Sequence record: LC819006.1
DNA length: 64,000 bases
Strand: one strand, 5' to 3'
Each line of letters starts with the position of its first letter. The stretch's first letter is position 1. The position numbers and the translations under genes are program-made. Under the pieces are notes generated by a model. The model was not told the DNA's origin. It made no database searches and was given only the letters and a program-made list of their open reading frames with translations. Shown here piece by piece: positions 8,978-16,739 of this stretch.

Positions 8978-9463
8978 TTATGCTGTCGGCGAGGAATCCG
9001 TGTAATCGTGATGCTTGAAGCCGTTGAGTCTGTCTTCGGCCTTGGCATCTTTGTACTTGTCGTTATTGATCACGACCGTCACGTGAGTATCGTCAAGCCA
9101 ACCTTCACGACTGACTTCGGAAATGTTTTTCAACATTTCGTCACTACCGTCGGGAAGTTCACCTGCGACATGTTTGTTCTGGACATCTTGCCAGATGACG
9201 TGGTTGTAGCCCAAAAAGAAAATAGCCCACATCGCTGCAAGACATAACCACGCTCCCGCATCACGAGGCATGTGATACACGAAGAATGCTGCGGAAACGA
9301 CGAACAGCCAGAACGTCATCATGATCGCGAAGACCCAGTAACCGATTGCCTGCTGAGACCAGTTGAAGAGGATCGAATCCTCCTGATACATCAGCTGGTT
9401 CACCATCATGAAAAACGTGAACGCGAATAACAGCCAAAACAGAACACCCACAGCGGTATACAT
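8978..9463 (-). CDS. Integral membrane protein, about 3 TM helices
   Basis: Three hydrophobic stretches followed by an acidic soluble tail. Confidence 0.7.
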   Translation of the reverse strand: MYTAVGVLFWLLFAFTFFMMVNQLMYQEDSILFNWSQQAIGYWVFAIMMTFWLFVVSAAFFVYHMPRDAGAWLCLAAMWAIFFLGYNHVIWQDVQNKHVAGELPDGSDEMLKNISEVSREGWLDDTHVTVVINNDKYKDAKAEDRLNGFKHHDYTDSSPTA

Positions 9464-9566
9464 GGCCTACCTCACTTGTTATTAAAAAACGACCAAAAAA
9501 AATCCCAGGATAAACTCTGGGATTGAAAAGCCCATCTCGGGGAGACCGGATGGGCTGGGCTACTGT

Positions 9567-9851
9567 TTAAACCGCTTCGAGCTTGAGGCTGTTACGCAGC
9601 ACCACACCATTCATGGCACGTTCGATAGCTGCTTCAGCTTTCTTTGCTGCGAAGTCGGCTTCGCGCATTGCCATGCGTTGTGCGTGGACATATTCGCGCA
9701 CTTGCTTTTCTTCGCGAACCGTGAGGTTCTGGCGTTCGAGGCGATTGTTGACTTCGTCCCATTCGACTTCTTCAAACTTCTTGCCATCCATGTACTTGTC
9801 CGACAGGAAGAGGCAGAATTCGAGGACGGTGACTTGATAGAGGTTGTTCAT
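9567..9851 (-). CDS. Small helical hypothetical protein
   Basis: 94 aa with an AGGAG RBS and a coiled-coil-like C-terminal half. Confidence 0.7.
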   Translation of the reverse strand: MNNLYQVTVLEFCLFLSDKYMDGKKFEEVEWDEVNNRLERQNLTVREEKQVREYVHAQRMAMREADFAAKKAEAAIERAMNGVVLRNSLKLEAV

Positions 9852-9897
9852 GATGATGCTCCTGAGAAAGGGAAAATTACACAGACGGTAGAGGAAG

Positions 9898-10044
9898 TTA
9901 CTTGGCCAGCTTGTCGGTCATGTACGCGACCAAGGGGACGACGACCAGCAGAAGGAAGCCGACGTACAGAACGACGTCTTTCCGTTTTGCTTTGACCGTA
10001 TCGTTGCTGCGGTTTGCTGCTGCGAGAAATTGTTGCTTAGTCAT
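9898..10044 (-). CDS. 48-aa single-pass membrane microprotein, absent from the ORF track
   Basis: Hand translation MTKQQFLAAANRSNDTVKAKRKDVVLYVGFLLLVVPLVAYMTDKLAK; AGGA RBS; fills the gap between neighbours. Confidence 0.65.
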   Translation of the reverse strand: MTKQQFLAAANRSNDTVKAKRKDVVLYVGFLLLVVVPLVAYMTDKLAK

Positions 10045-10088
10045 GACTTATTCCTGTTGTTTGACTGTACTGAATTTTGGTTAATCGA

Positions 10089-10550
10089 TTACTGCAGGGG
10101 AACACGCTTGCGGAAGGTATCGAACTGGATGACGACGTATCCGTTTTCGATCGTCACACTCTCCACCCTCGCATTGCAGGTTCCGAAATCTTTGGCTTGG
10201 CGGACATCGCCATTTGCCAGGAACCAGTAAAGCTGATAGTCCGTTTTGCATTCGAACCCTTGATTGCCTGAGATCAGGATCAGGGGCTGATTGCTGTACG
10301 TACCATGCCAGGCGACTTTGATGTCGTCGAAGTTCTCTTCCATGTCAGTGACATAGTCGCGATACTTCATGTACCAGGTACGAGCGTCCGTATCCTGGTA
10401 GAACTGCACCGTGTCCACCGTTTTGCGGAGAACCGGTTTTGCATCCGCGTCACCTATACCACCCAACACCAGAACTGCGATCGCTCCAACGATCGCCAGG
10501 ATCCAGAACTTCCAGTTATCGTTGACATAGTTGCGAACTACTTGTGCCAT
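10089..10550 (-). CDS. Signal-peptide or membrane-anchored exported protein
   Basis: WKFWILAIVGAIAVLVLGGIG hydrophobic segment followed by a beta-rich domain with two Cys. Confidence 0.7.
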   Translation of the reverse strand: MAQVVRNYVNDNWKFWILAIVGAIAVLVLGGIGDADAKPVLRKTVDTVQFYQDTDARTWYMKYRDYVTDMEENFDDIKVAWHGTYSNQPLILISGNQGFECKTDYQLYWFLANGDVRQAKDFGTCNARVESVTIENGYVVIQFDTFRKRVPLQ

Positions 10551-10582
10551 TGCATCATCTCCAGTTACTGCATTGTAAAAAG

Positions 10583-10768
10583 TTACCTGTGGCGGATATT
10601 CGTCATCAGGCGTTGGACTTCATTCCGAACCACCATCTCGAAGGTATTCGGAAGTTCGCGGAATTCGACATCGATGATGTCAGGCTCGGTGATGACCTTG
10701 GGTACTTCGGGCTGAAGCGCGTTGTACATCTTTAAAGCCTGTGAAACGTATTGCTGACTGTGTGCCAT
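10583..10768 (-). CDS. Small hypothetical protein
   Basis: MAHSQQYV start after a GGAGG RBS, 52 nt downstream of a promoter motif. Confidence 0.65.
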   Translation of the reverse strand: MAHSQQYVSQALKMYNALQPEVPKVITEPDIIDVEFRELPNTFEMVVRNEVQRLMTNIRHR

Positions 10769-10819
10769 GATACGCCTCCGTTGAAAAGAATACAAAGTTC
10801 TTTATCCAACTTCACCGCA

Positions 10820-10835
10820 GTTATATGTTTCTGAA
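10820..10835 (-). promoter_or_regulatory. Early-promoter-like motif, identical to the copy at 13056-13071
   Basis: GTTATATGTTTCTGAA (minus strand TTCAGAAACATATAAC). Confidence 0.6.
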
Positions 10836-10898
10836 TTATTCTGGGATTCGATATTTGACGGCATAAGCCGGGGATGGGTTTTACCCCATCCCCTAGCT

Positions 10899-12206
10899 TT
10901 ACGCGACCAGTTTCAAACGTTTTGCATTCGAGCGACGACAGAGCTCCGTCAGGAATGCATCCGGATCTTCCGGGTTTTCCTTGAATGCGAGTTCTACTTC
11001 GCAACCAGGTAGCAACCATTCTTCCGAATGACACGACAGAATAAACCGTCGTACTTCTTCATCTGTGAGATCGTACATCAGCGCCATGTAAGGCTCGATC
11101 TCTTTGCTCGTGAGTTCGCCGATCAGGTAATCCTTATCGACTCGACCTGCGCGTTTGATAGCTTCATCGAGATCTTCCGGATGATTGGTCGTCATGATGA
11201 CGATCAGGTTATCCAATCCGATTACTCCATCAAACGCATTGAGTACACCAGACATGGTGAGGAAGCTCAGGTCCGCTACTGCCTCGACCAGTTCCTTTTT
11301 CTTTTTGCGATCCTTCACTGCACTGCCTGACTGATCGACATCCTCAATGAGAACGATCGAACCAGGTTTGATGGTCGCCAATGCTTCCATGAGCGAAGCA
11401 TTTGAATGCTGCGACAGATCGAGCAAATACAGATCTTTCTTGAAACGAGCAGAAAGCAGCTTCGACAGCGTCGTCTTGCCAGTACCCGGGGGTCCGTAAA
11501 AGAGGAACGAAATTTTGTATGTCAGTCCTTTTTTACGATACCACTCTCGACGATTTGAGAATTCTTCAATCCTTCCCAAGATGTCGGCCTTCAGGTCTGC
11601 GTTCATGCAAAACGTTTCGATGTCTCGCATGGGAACCTTACCAACCTGCTCCCAGCTTTTATCGCCACCGTACTTGTGGATGAATACTTCGTCGGAAGCA
11701 CCTCGCTTTTCATTGAAGAGATCGACCAGTTGCAGGAATGAACTTTGATTCCATCCAAACGTGCGGATGGTGATTTCTTCTTTCTGTTTTTCAGATCCGC
11801 CAGATTCCAGAGAACCTTTATCGAACCAGAAGAACTTTCGTTTGTACCAGAAAACATGAACGCCTTTGCCGATACCCAAGCGGTAAGGCTTGAATACGGT
11901 TTCATCCGAAAACATGTCTTCCTTGTATTGCCGGAACATGAAGAAGCTACGACTGAATTTCGCGTAGCCGGACATCATGAACCATTTGTCAAACATGTTG
12001 TACGCATCTGCATTGCCGTCCCAACCAGCATTGTTCAGACGCATCGTAACTGTCGTGTAGCGAACGACCAGATCCCAGAACTTCTTGGGTAGGTCCTTCA
12101 GGTAAAACATGATACCGCCAACCAACGGCAGTACCAGCGTCGCTAAGAGAGGGTTAGCTTTCGTTGCTGCATCGTAGTGGCCAAAGAGCCCATAGATCCA
12201 GTCCAT
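10899..12206 (-). CDS. BCS1-like membrane-anchored AAA+ ATPase
   Basis: N-terminal TM (LLATLVLPLVGGIMFYL), BCS1_N-like region, REWYRKKGLTYKISFLFYGPPGTGKT (Walker A), IVLIEDVD (Walker B), SGVLNAFDG, TTNHPEDLDEAIKRAGRVD. Confidence 0.85.
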   Translation of the reverse strand: MDWIYGLFGHYDAATKANPLLATLVLPLVGGIMFYLKDLPKKFWDLVVRYTTVTMRLNNAGWDGNADAYNMFDKWFMMSGYAKFSRSFFMFRQYKEDMFSDETVFKPYRLGIGKGVHVFWYKRKFFWFDKGSLESGGSEKQKEEITIRTFGWNQSSFLQLVDLFNEKRGASDEVFIHKYGGDKSWEQVGKVPMRDIETFCMNADLKADILGRIEEFSNRREWYRKKGLTYKISFLFYGPPGTGKTTLSKLLSARFKKDLYLLDLSQHSNASLMEALATIKPGSIVLIEDVDQSGSAVKDRKKKKELVEAVADLSFLTMSGVLNAFDGVIGLDNLIVIMTTNHPEDLDEAIKRAGRVDKDYLIGELTSKEIEPYMALMYDLTDEEVRRFILSCHSEEWLLPGCEVELAFKENPEDPDAFLTELCRRSNAKRLKLVA

Positions 12207-12285
12207 GTTGTTATTCCCCGAAAGAGTATTGTCAAAATAAACGTTGGCCAAATAAAAAAAGATTCAAACCTAGGCCGACAGAGAT

Positions 12286-12313
12286 CCTAGTACCTCCTCA
12301 CGGAGGTACTAGG
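12286..12313. terminator. Hairpin
   Basis: CCTAGTACCTCC-tcac-GGAGGTACTAGG. Confidence 0.55.
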
Positions 12314-12323
12314 TCACCGCTTC

Positions 12324-12998
12324 TTATTTGATTTTTGAAAGATCGAGATAGAACATCATCTCGTTATCGGTCTTCGGAAAGAATGCCTTGATCTTCCCGA
12401 GATAGTCTTTCTTGTCGTTGCCGATTACCCTGGAGTAGAAACCTACTTCCAGAAGAACACCACTGAACGGTTCTTCCTCGATGTTCACAAGATTCTTGCG
12501 ATCCATCTTCATCCGGTAAACCATTGGGTGGAGTTTCTCCAGAACGATAACGTTCTCTTCCAGGTTGTTCTTGACGATCAAGGGCAGACTGATCTTGCCA
12601 CCATGCAGCTGGTGTCCATTGGCATACCCCATGCCAAGGCAGATCTGGTTGTTTGCTGTGTTGTAGCCGAACTCAGCAATGATCTCACGATCGTCCTGAA
12701 TGAAACGACTCATCACATCCATACAACCACTCAGATCGCGGCGAAGCGTTTCCGAGAATTTCTTGATGCCTACATCGTACGGCTTTTTCTCGACTACGCG
12801 CTTCTCCCCAGGGATTGGGGTGTAATCGATACCAGGCTCTACAGCAGGCTTCATGACGCTGGTAGGGGGTAGGCTTGGACGTGCCGTCACGAGCGGGCTG
12901 GTGAGCCCTCCAGTGACCGTGAGCACCATTCCCTCATCGTCTTCACGATCCCCGGCTTGCGCCATTCTGAAATCCGCATAGCGGTTGGTCTTCTTCAC
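12324..12998 (-). CDS. Hypothetical protein
   Basis: GTG start after an AAGGAG RBS; 224 aa; no recognised motif. Confidence 0.7.
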   Translation of the reverse strand: MKKTNRYADFRMAQAGDREDDEGMVLTVTGGLTSPLVTARPSLPPTSVMKPAVEPGIDYTPIPGEKRVVEKKPYDVGIKKFSETLRRDLSGCMDVMSRFIQDDREIIAEFGYNTANNQICLGMGYANGHQLHGGKISLPLIVKNNLEENVIVLEKLHPMVYRMKMDRKNLVNIEEEPFSGVLLEVGFYSRVIGNDKKDYLGKIKAFFPKTDNEMMFYLDLSKIK

Positions 12999-13055
12999 GG
13001 ATGTAACTCCTTGTGGTACAACATTTTAAAAGGTTTACAGCGGAAACTCACAATC

Positions 13056-13071
13056 GTTATATGTTTCTGAA
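13056..13071 (-). promoter_or_regulatory. Early-promoter-like motif
   Basis: Exact 16-bp copy of 10820-10835, 58 nt upstream of the GTG start at 12998. Confidence 0.6.
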
Positions 13072-13089
13072 ACAATCTAGAGTTCCAAC

Positions 13090-13321
13090 CTTTCAAAGAA
13101 TCAAAGAGCATAACTTTGAAAGACCGAAACGCCCTTTCGGACGTCTCGGTTCTCTCTGGGGGGATGAATGTGGTTGTGTATCCCTCCAGATCATGGAGGG
13201 ATCATAGTTTCTTTTTATACGCCTTCCACAGGCGTATCACTTTTTTCTTTTCTTTCTTTCAAAAACTTTAGACTTATTATTCTTATTATTGTAAATACGT
13301 TAGTATTTACAATACTAACGT
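13090..13321. repeat. Cluster of inverted repeats in an AT-rich divergent spacer
   Basis: Stems at 13090-13122, 13123-13150, 13180-13202 and 13217-13237, plus the overlapping pair 13287-13314 and 13297-13321. Confidence 0.75.
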
Positions 13322-13481
13322 TTATAACTAATTCTAAAATTCTCTCTACAAGGTTCTGGTCACATTTAGAAAAATATATGTTTATGCCTGATAAGGCAGC
13401 AAAACTGTCCGGTAAAAATTCGGCAAGAAGCACAGATCATCTGACATCCGTTCCACTATCATCGCAAAGGACGAAACGAAC

Positions 13482-14129
13482 ATGGGCCTCGTAGGCACTC
13501 TGCGCGAGATCGAAAAAACCTCGCCCGAAGAACTCAATCGCTATTCCGAAAACCGTCCCGTCATGGTCGACGGTTCCCTGTCCGAACTCGTGACTCAGGC
13601 ACTGAATGTGGCCTACACGAAAAAGGACATGACCTCGGGTAAACCGTACTACGGTCATCAAAACGCAACGGGCGAACCGCCTCCTGGCGCAGGCAACATT
13701 CCCGACATCCTGAACCCGGATACTCCGCGTCAGGATCCGAACATCGTCAAGCCTTCGCTTGAAGGCATGCAGCAAATGGGCGCAGATGCAATTGCGACGG
13801 CAGCTGCTGTTCTTGAAGAAGCCGTCAACGTGAACGACGGCCATGAACACCGCGTGGGTGAAGATCCGCTCATGGTTTACGCCATTCCGGAAGACGGTAA
13901 GGTCACGGAAGAAATGAATGCGAACATCGACATGTACGGCGACTCCGGTGCCGTGGATCCGTCGAACTTCGTGTTTGTTTTCACCGACAAGAACGATACT
14001 GTTGGAAGCATCGACTATCGTTGCGTCGATCTGAGCCAGAAAGTGAAGAACTACGAAGACAAGGGCGCGAAAGTGTACCAGTCTCTCGAAGCCTTCTTCC
14101 GCGACTACGACAACCTGCGGCGTAAATAA
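13482..14129 (+). CDS. Acidic protein, probable head protein processed by the prohead protease
   Basis: 215 aa, AAAGGA RBS; PSLE/G at 13755-13763 fits the phiKZ S/A/G-X-E cleavage rule. Confidence 0.6.
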   Translation: MGLVGTLREIEKTSPEELNRYSENRPVMVDGSLSELVTQALNVAYTKKDMTSGKPYYGHQNATGEPPPGAGNIPDILNPDTPRQDPNIVKPSLEGMQQMGADAIATAAAVLEEAVNVNDGHEHRVGEDPLMVYAIPEDGKVTEEMNANIDMYGDSGAVDPSNFVFVFTDKNDTVGSIDYRCVDLSQKVKNYEDKGAKVYQSLEAFFRDYDNLRRK

Positions 14130-14140
14130 CGGAGTCACCC

Positions 14141-14575
14141 GTGCGTATCGAAAAAACTAATTCCTTCGTCGAAGCTTTCGGCGTTTTGCCTATGCTCAAG
14201 ACCCTGGATGAATTCTATCCGGATCTGTCGTACTGGTACGTCAATACCGTGGTGCCTGGATTGGTGCTAGGTAAAGATGTTTTGTTGCTGGCCAAAGAGG
14301 CTGGTCGTACCGTCGGCATTGCCTTGGGTAAGAAAGGCGAAGAGAAGAAGTTGCGATGCGTGCGGGTGATACCGGAATTCCAGAATACGGGATGTGGTCT
14401 GAAGCTGATGGAACGTATGTTCGATGAGCTTGAAACTGAAACACCTCACTGTACGGTGGCCGAGGAAATGCTCGGACTCTACAGTCGTGCCTTCGTGAAC
14501 CGTTATGGGTTCCGATTGAATTCGGTGGATAAAGGCCGCTATCGACCCGGAAAGCTGGAGTACGCCTTCAACTAA
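14141..14575 (+). CDS. GNAT-family N-acetyltransferase
   Basis: LRCVRVIPEFQNTGCGLKLME (acetyl-CoA-binding motif A) and a RYGF..Y..GK.EY.FN C-terminus. Confidence 0.75.
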   Translation: MRIEKTNSFVEAFGVLPMLKTLDEFYPDLSYWYVNTVVPGLVLGKDVLLLAKEAGRTVGIALGKKGEEKKLRCVRVIPEFQNTGCGLKLMERMFDELETETPHCTVAEEMLGLYSRAFVNRYGFRLNSVDKGRYRPGKLEYAFN

Positions 14576-14584
14576 GGACGCTGC

Positions 14585-15832
14585 ATGGACGGTCAGATCA
14601 AGAAAGTCCTGGATGCCGAATTCGATCACTTGCCGATCGACAAACGGCTCCTGGACAAAGTCCTAAAATACGAAAAGGATTTCATCAACAAGAACGAAGA
14701 CCACATCACCTTCTTCGGTGGTCACCTCATGGGGGTGCAAGTGGTTCGTTTCGATCCCCGCGATCGACAGTACTGGTTCGATGAAATCCTCGAAATCAAT
14801 GAGCAGGCTCTCGAAGAACCTCTCTACGCTCTGCGTGATCCGCATCATCCGAAAGATCCGCTGATCGACCCGGATTTCAATGTCCGCTCGGATGTCATGA
14901 ACATCACCTGCGGATATCTCATCCATCGATTCCTCACCGCAAATCACCTTCCGCACGACAAGCAAAAGGAAGGCGCTGAATGCGTGGTGCGAATCATGCT
15001 GTACAAGTTCCTGACTTCACTGCTCTGGAACTACTTCAAGTACCCGGCCAATCCTGCGGTAGCGGAAGCTACCTATAACGCTTTGTCGCTGAAGTTCGGC
15101 TTGAAGAAAAACGGCAACTGGAAAAAATACCTGGACGAGCGCGCTCACATCACTGTCGAGCCTGGTTCGATCCACTACAAGACGCTTGTCAACATGAAAG
15201 ACGACGAGCAGTTCCTGTACTTCATCGGCGATACGCAAGGTCGTATTCGCGGTACGGTGAAATCGATCTATGCGATCTTCGACCAGATGAACAAGGCTGG
15301 TATCAAGATCGTCTCCGCCTCCTCCGTCATGGAGTACGATGGCGAAATGATCCTGAAAGACAAGTCGAGAACTTACCAGTCGGAAATCCGTTACATCTCC
15401 GATGTGATTGGTGACCGCGGTTCGTTCATCAAACCTGAACTTCTGAAGATCATCGAGAAGTCAGTGCCGACTGCCAACCCCGACATGTTGTTGAAGACTC
15501 TCCAGTGGATGTCCGACAACGCAGGTTATGGTAAGGACGACATCGTGAACCAGCTGACGACCAAGACGGTTATCTACTCGTTCAACTATCTCGCCCAGAA
15601 TCCCGGCCTCATCAAAGGCAAGCGCGATATCTCTGGCGTACTCTTCCGTTTGCGTGGTTCGTTCATGGCTTCTCGCTCTTCGGACGAGGATCTCATGCAA
15701 CTGCGTGAAATGGCTGAGCAGATCGCTGGGTTCGCCACAGGCTCTCGCAATGACACGGTGAAGAAGTCGATCCGCACGGCGGTTCTGCTTTACATCATCG
15801 GTCGGATCATGGCGAAGGACTACTACTCATGA
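14585..15832 (+). CDS. Conserved phiKZ-like protein (gp32-like), probably structural
   Basis: 415 aa; NKNEDHITFFGGHLMGVQVVRF and YKFLTSLLWNYFKYPA resemble a core jumbo-phage family located near terminase. Confidence 0.6.
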   Translation: MDGQIKKVLDAEFDHLPIDKRLLDKVLKYEKDFINKNEDHITFFGGHLMGVQVVRFDPRDRQYWFDEILEINEQALEEPLYALRDPHHPKDPLIDPDFNVRSDVMNITCGYLIHRFLTANHLPHDKQKEGAECVVRIMLYKFLTSLLWNYFKYPANPAVAEATYNALSLKFGLKKNGNWKKYLDERAHITVEPGSIHYKTLVNMKDDEQFLYFIGDTQGRIRGTVKSIYAIFDQMNKAGIKIVSASSVMEYDGEMILKDKSRTYQSEIRYISDVIGDRGSFIKPELLKIIEKSVPTANPDMLLKTLQWMSDNAGYGKDDIVNQLTTKTVIYSFNYLAQNPGLIKGKRDISGVLFRLRGSFMASRSSDEDLMQLREMAEQIAGFATGSRNDTVKKSIRTAVLLYIIGRIMAKDYYS

Positions 15833-16251
15833 CGCGTGAAACCGTCACCGTCGATGAACTGAATCCCCTCCAGCTTGAGCAGTATCATGCCTTGCTGGAG
15901 GAGTCTGATAGTGAACCGATGTTCTACGGTAAGCCGTTAGACCGCAAAGCTAAACGTCAGATCGTCCTTGATGACGATGACAATGTCGTAGGGGCCTTTG
16001 AGTACACCCGCACCCTTTGGGAAGGTACGTACTACTGGCGAGCCAACCGTCCGTATGTCATGAAAGCGCATCGTGGCAAAGGACTGTTGTATCCTGCTCT
16101 TCGACTCTGGTTCTTAAATCGACGCCCGGCTCTTGCCTGGATCGATGACGAAAACCTTGCATCGATTCGCCTTTTCTTCTCGCTTGGCTTTTCGAGAGAA
16201 TATGCGTACACGATGCACGGCAAGCTGGGACATTTTTACGTCCTTCATTAA
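15829..16251 (+). CDS. GNAT-family N-acetyltransferase
   Basis: PYVMKAHRGKGLL (motif A) and DENLASIRLFFSLGF (motif B); ATGA overlap with the upstream gene. Confidence 0.75.
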   Translation: MTRETVTVDELNPLQLEQYHALLEESDSEPMFYGKPLDRKAKRQIVLDDDDNVVGAFEYTRTLWEGTYYWRANRPYVMKAHRGKGLLYPALRLWFLNRRPALAWIDDENLASIRLFFSLGFSREYAYTMHGKLGHFYVLH

Positions 16252-16281
16252 ACGCCATCAACTTAAGGTTAGGCACCCAAA

Positions 16282-16458
16282 ATGGCACCGCGCACCAAGC
16301 TTCAGAAGTCAATGACCAATAACTCCAAGATTCGTGATGCTGTCACGAATTCGGCTGCAACCATTTCGGTGGGTGAGCCAAGCCTCATGTCTCGCCAAGG
16401 TGCCCCGAAGAGCATTAAAGTGCAAATCGGAAAAGGCGGGCTGGGGAAAGCAAAATAA
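16282..16458 (+). CDS. 58-aa basic microprotein, absent from the ORF track
   Basis: MAPRTKLQKSMTNNSKIRDAVTNSAATISVGEPSLMSRQGAPKSIKVQIGKGGLGKAK. Confidence 0.6.
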   Translation: MAPRTKLQKSMTNNSKIRDAVTNSAATISVGEPSLMSRQGAPKSIKVQIGKGGLGKAK

Positions 16459-16512
16459 CAAAACGCAGTAGTCCTGGTCGTAATCTTTTGGATTATTCAC
16501 CGGGATTTGAAA

Positions 16513-16686
16513 ATGTCGAACCGACACCTCAAGCAGCACCTGATGCAGGCTACCTTGAAGCAGCACAAAGAGCATCACGTCAAGGATCTTTACATCGTCA
16601 CGGAATCGGAACATCGCGGCAAGCATGTCACGAGTACGGTTCACGTGAAGGTGGGTCGTGGCGGGCTGGAGCACGTCAAGAAGTAA
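16513..16686 (+). CDS. 57-aa His/Lys-rich microprotein, absent from the ORF track
   Basis: MSNRHLKQHLMQATLKQHKEHHVKDLYIVTESEHRGKHVTSTVHVKVGRGGLEHVKK; ends just before a terminator hairpin. Confidence 0.65.
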   Translation: MSNRHLKQHLMQATLKQHKEHHVKDLYIVTESEHRGKHVTSTVHVKVGRGGLEHVKK

Positions 16687-16698
16687 GCAGCATAAGTA

Positions 16699-16728
16699 CC
16701 TACTCCTACCCGCAAGGGTAGGAGTAGG
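16699..16728. terminator. Bidirectional hairpin between convergent genes
   Basis: CCTACTCCTACCC-gcaa-GGGTAGGAGTAGG, a 13-bp stem. Confidence 0.65.
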
Positions 16729-16739
16729 GCCTATGTCCG

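Noticed and set aside
13168-13494. 108-aa and 72-aa ORFs in the AT-rich spacer
   Set aside because: Codon usage is unlike the phage genes, they lack an RBS, and they run through hairpins and T-tracts. They are better explained as non-coding DNA.
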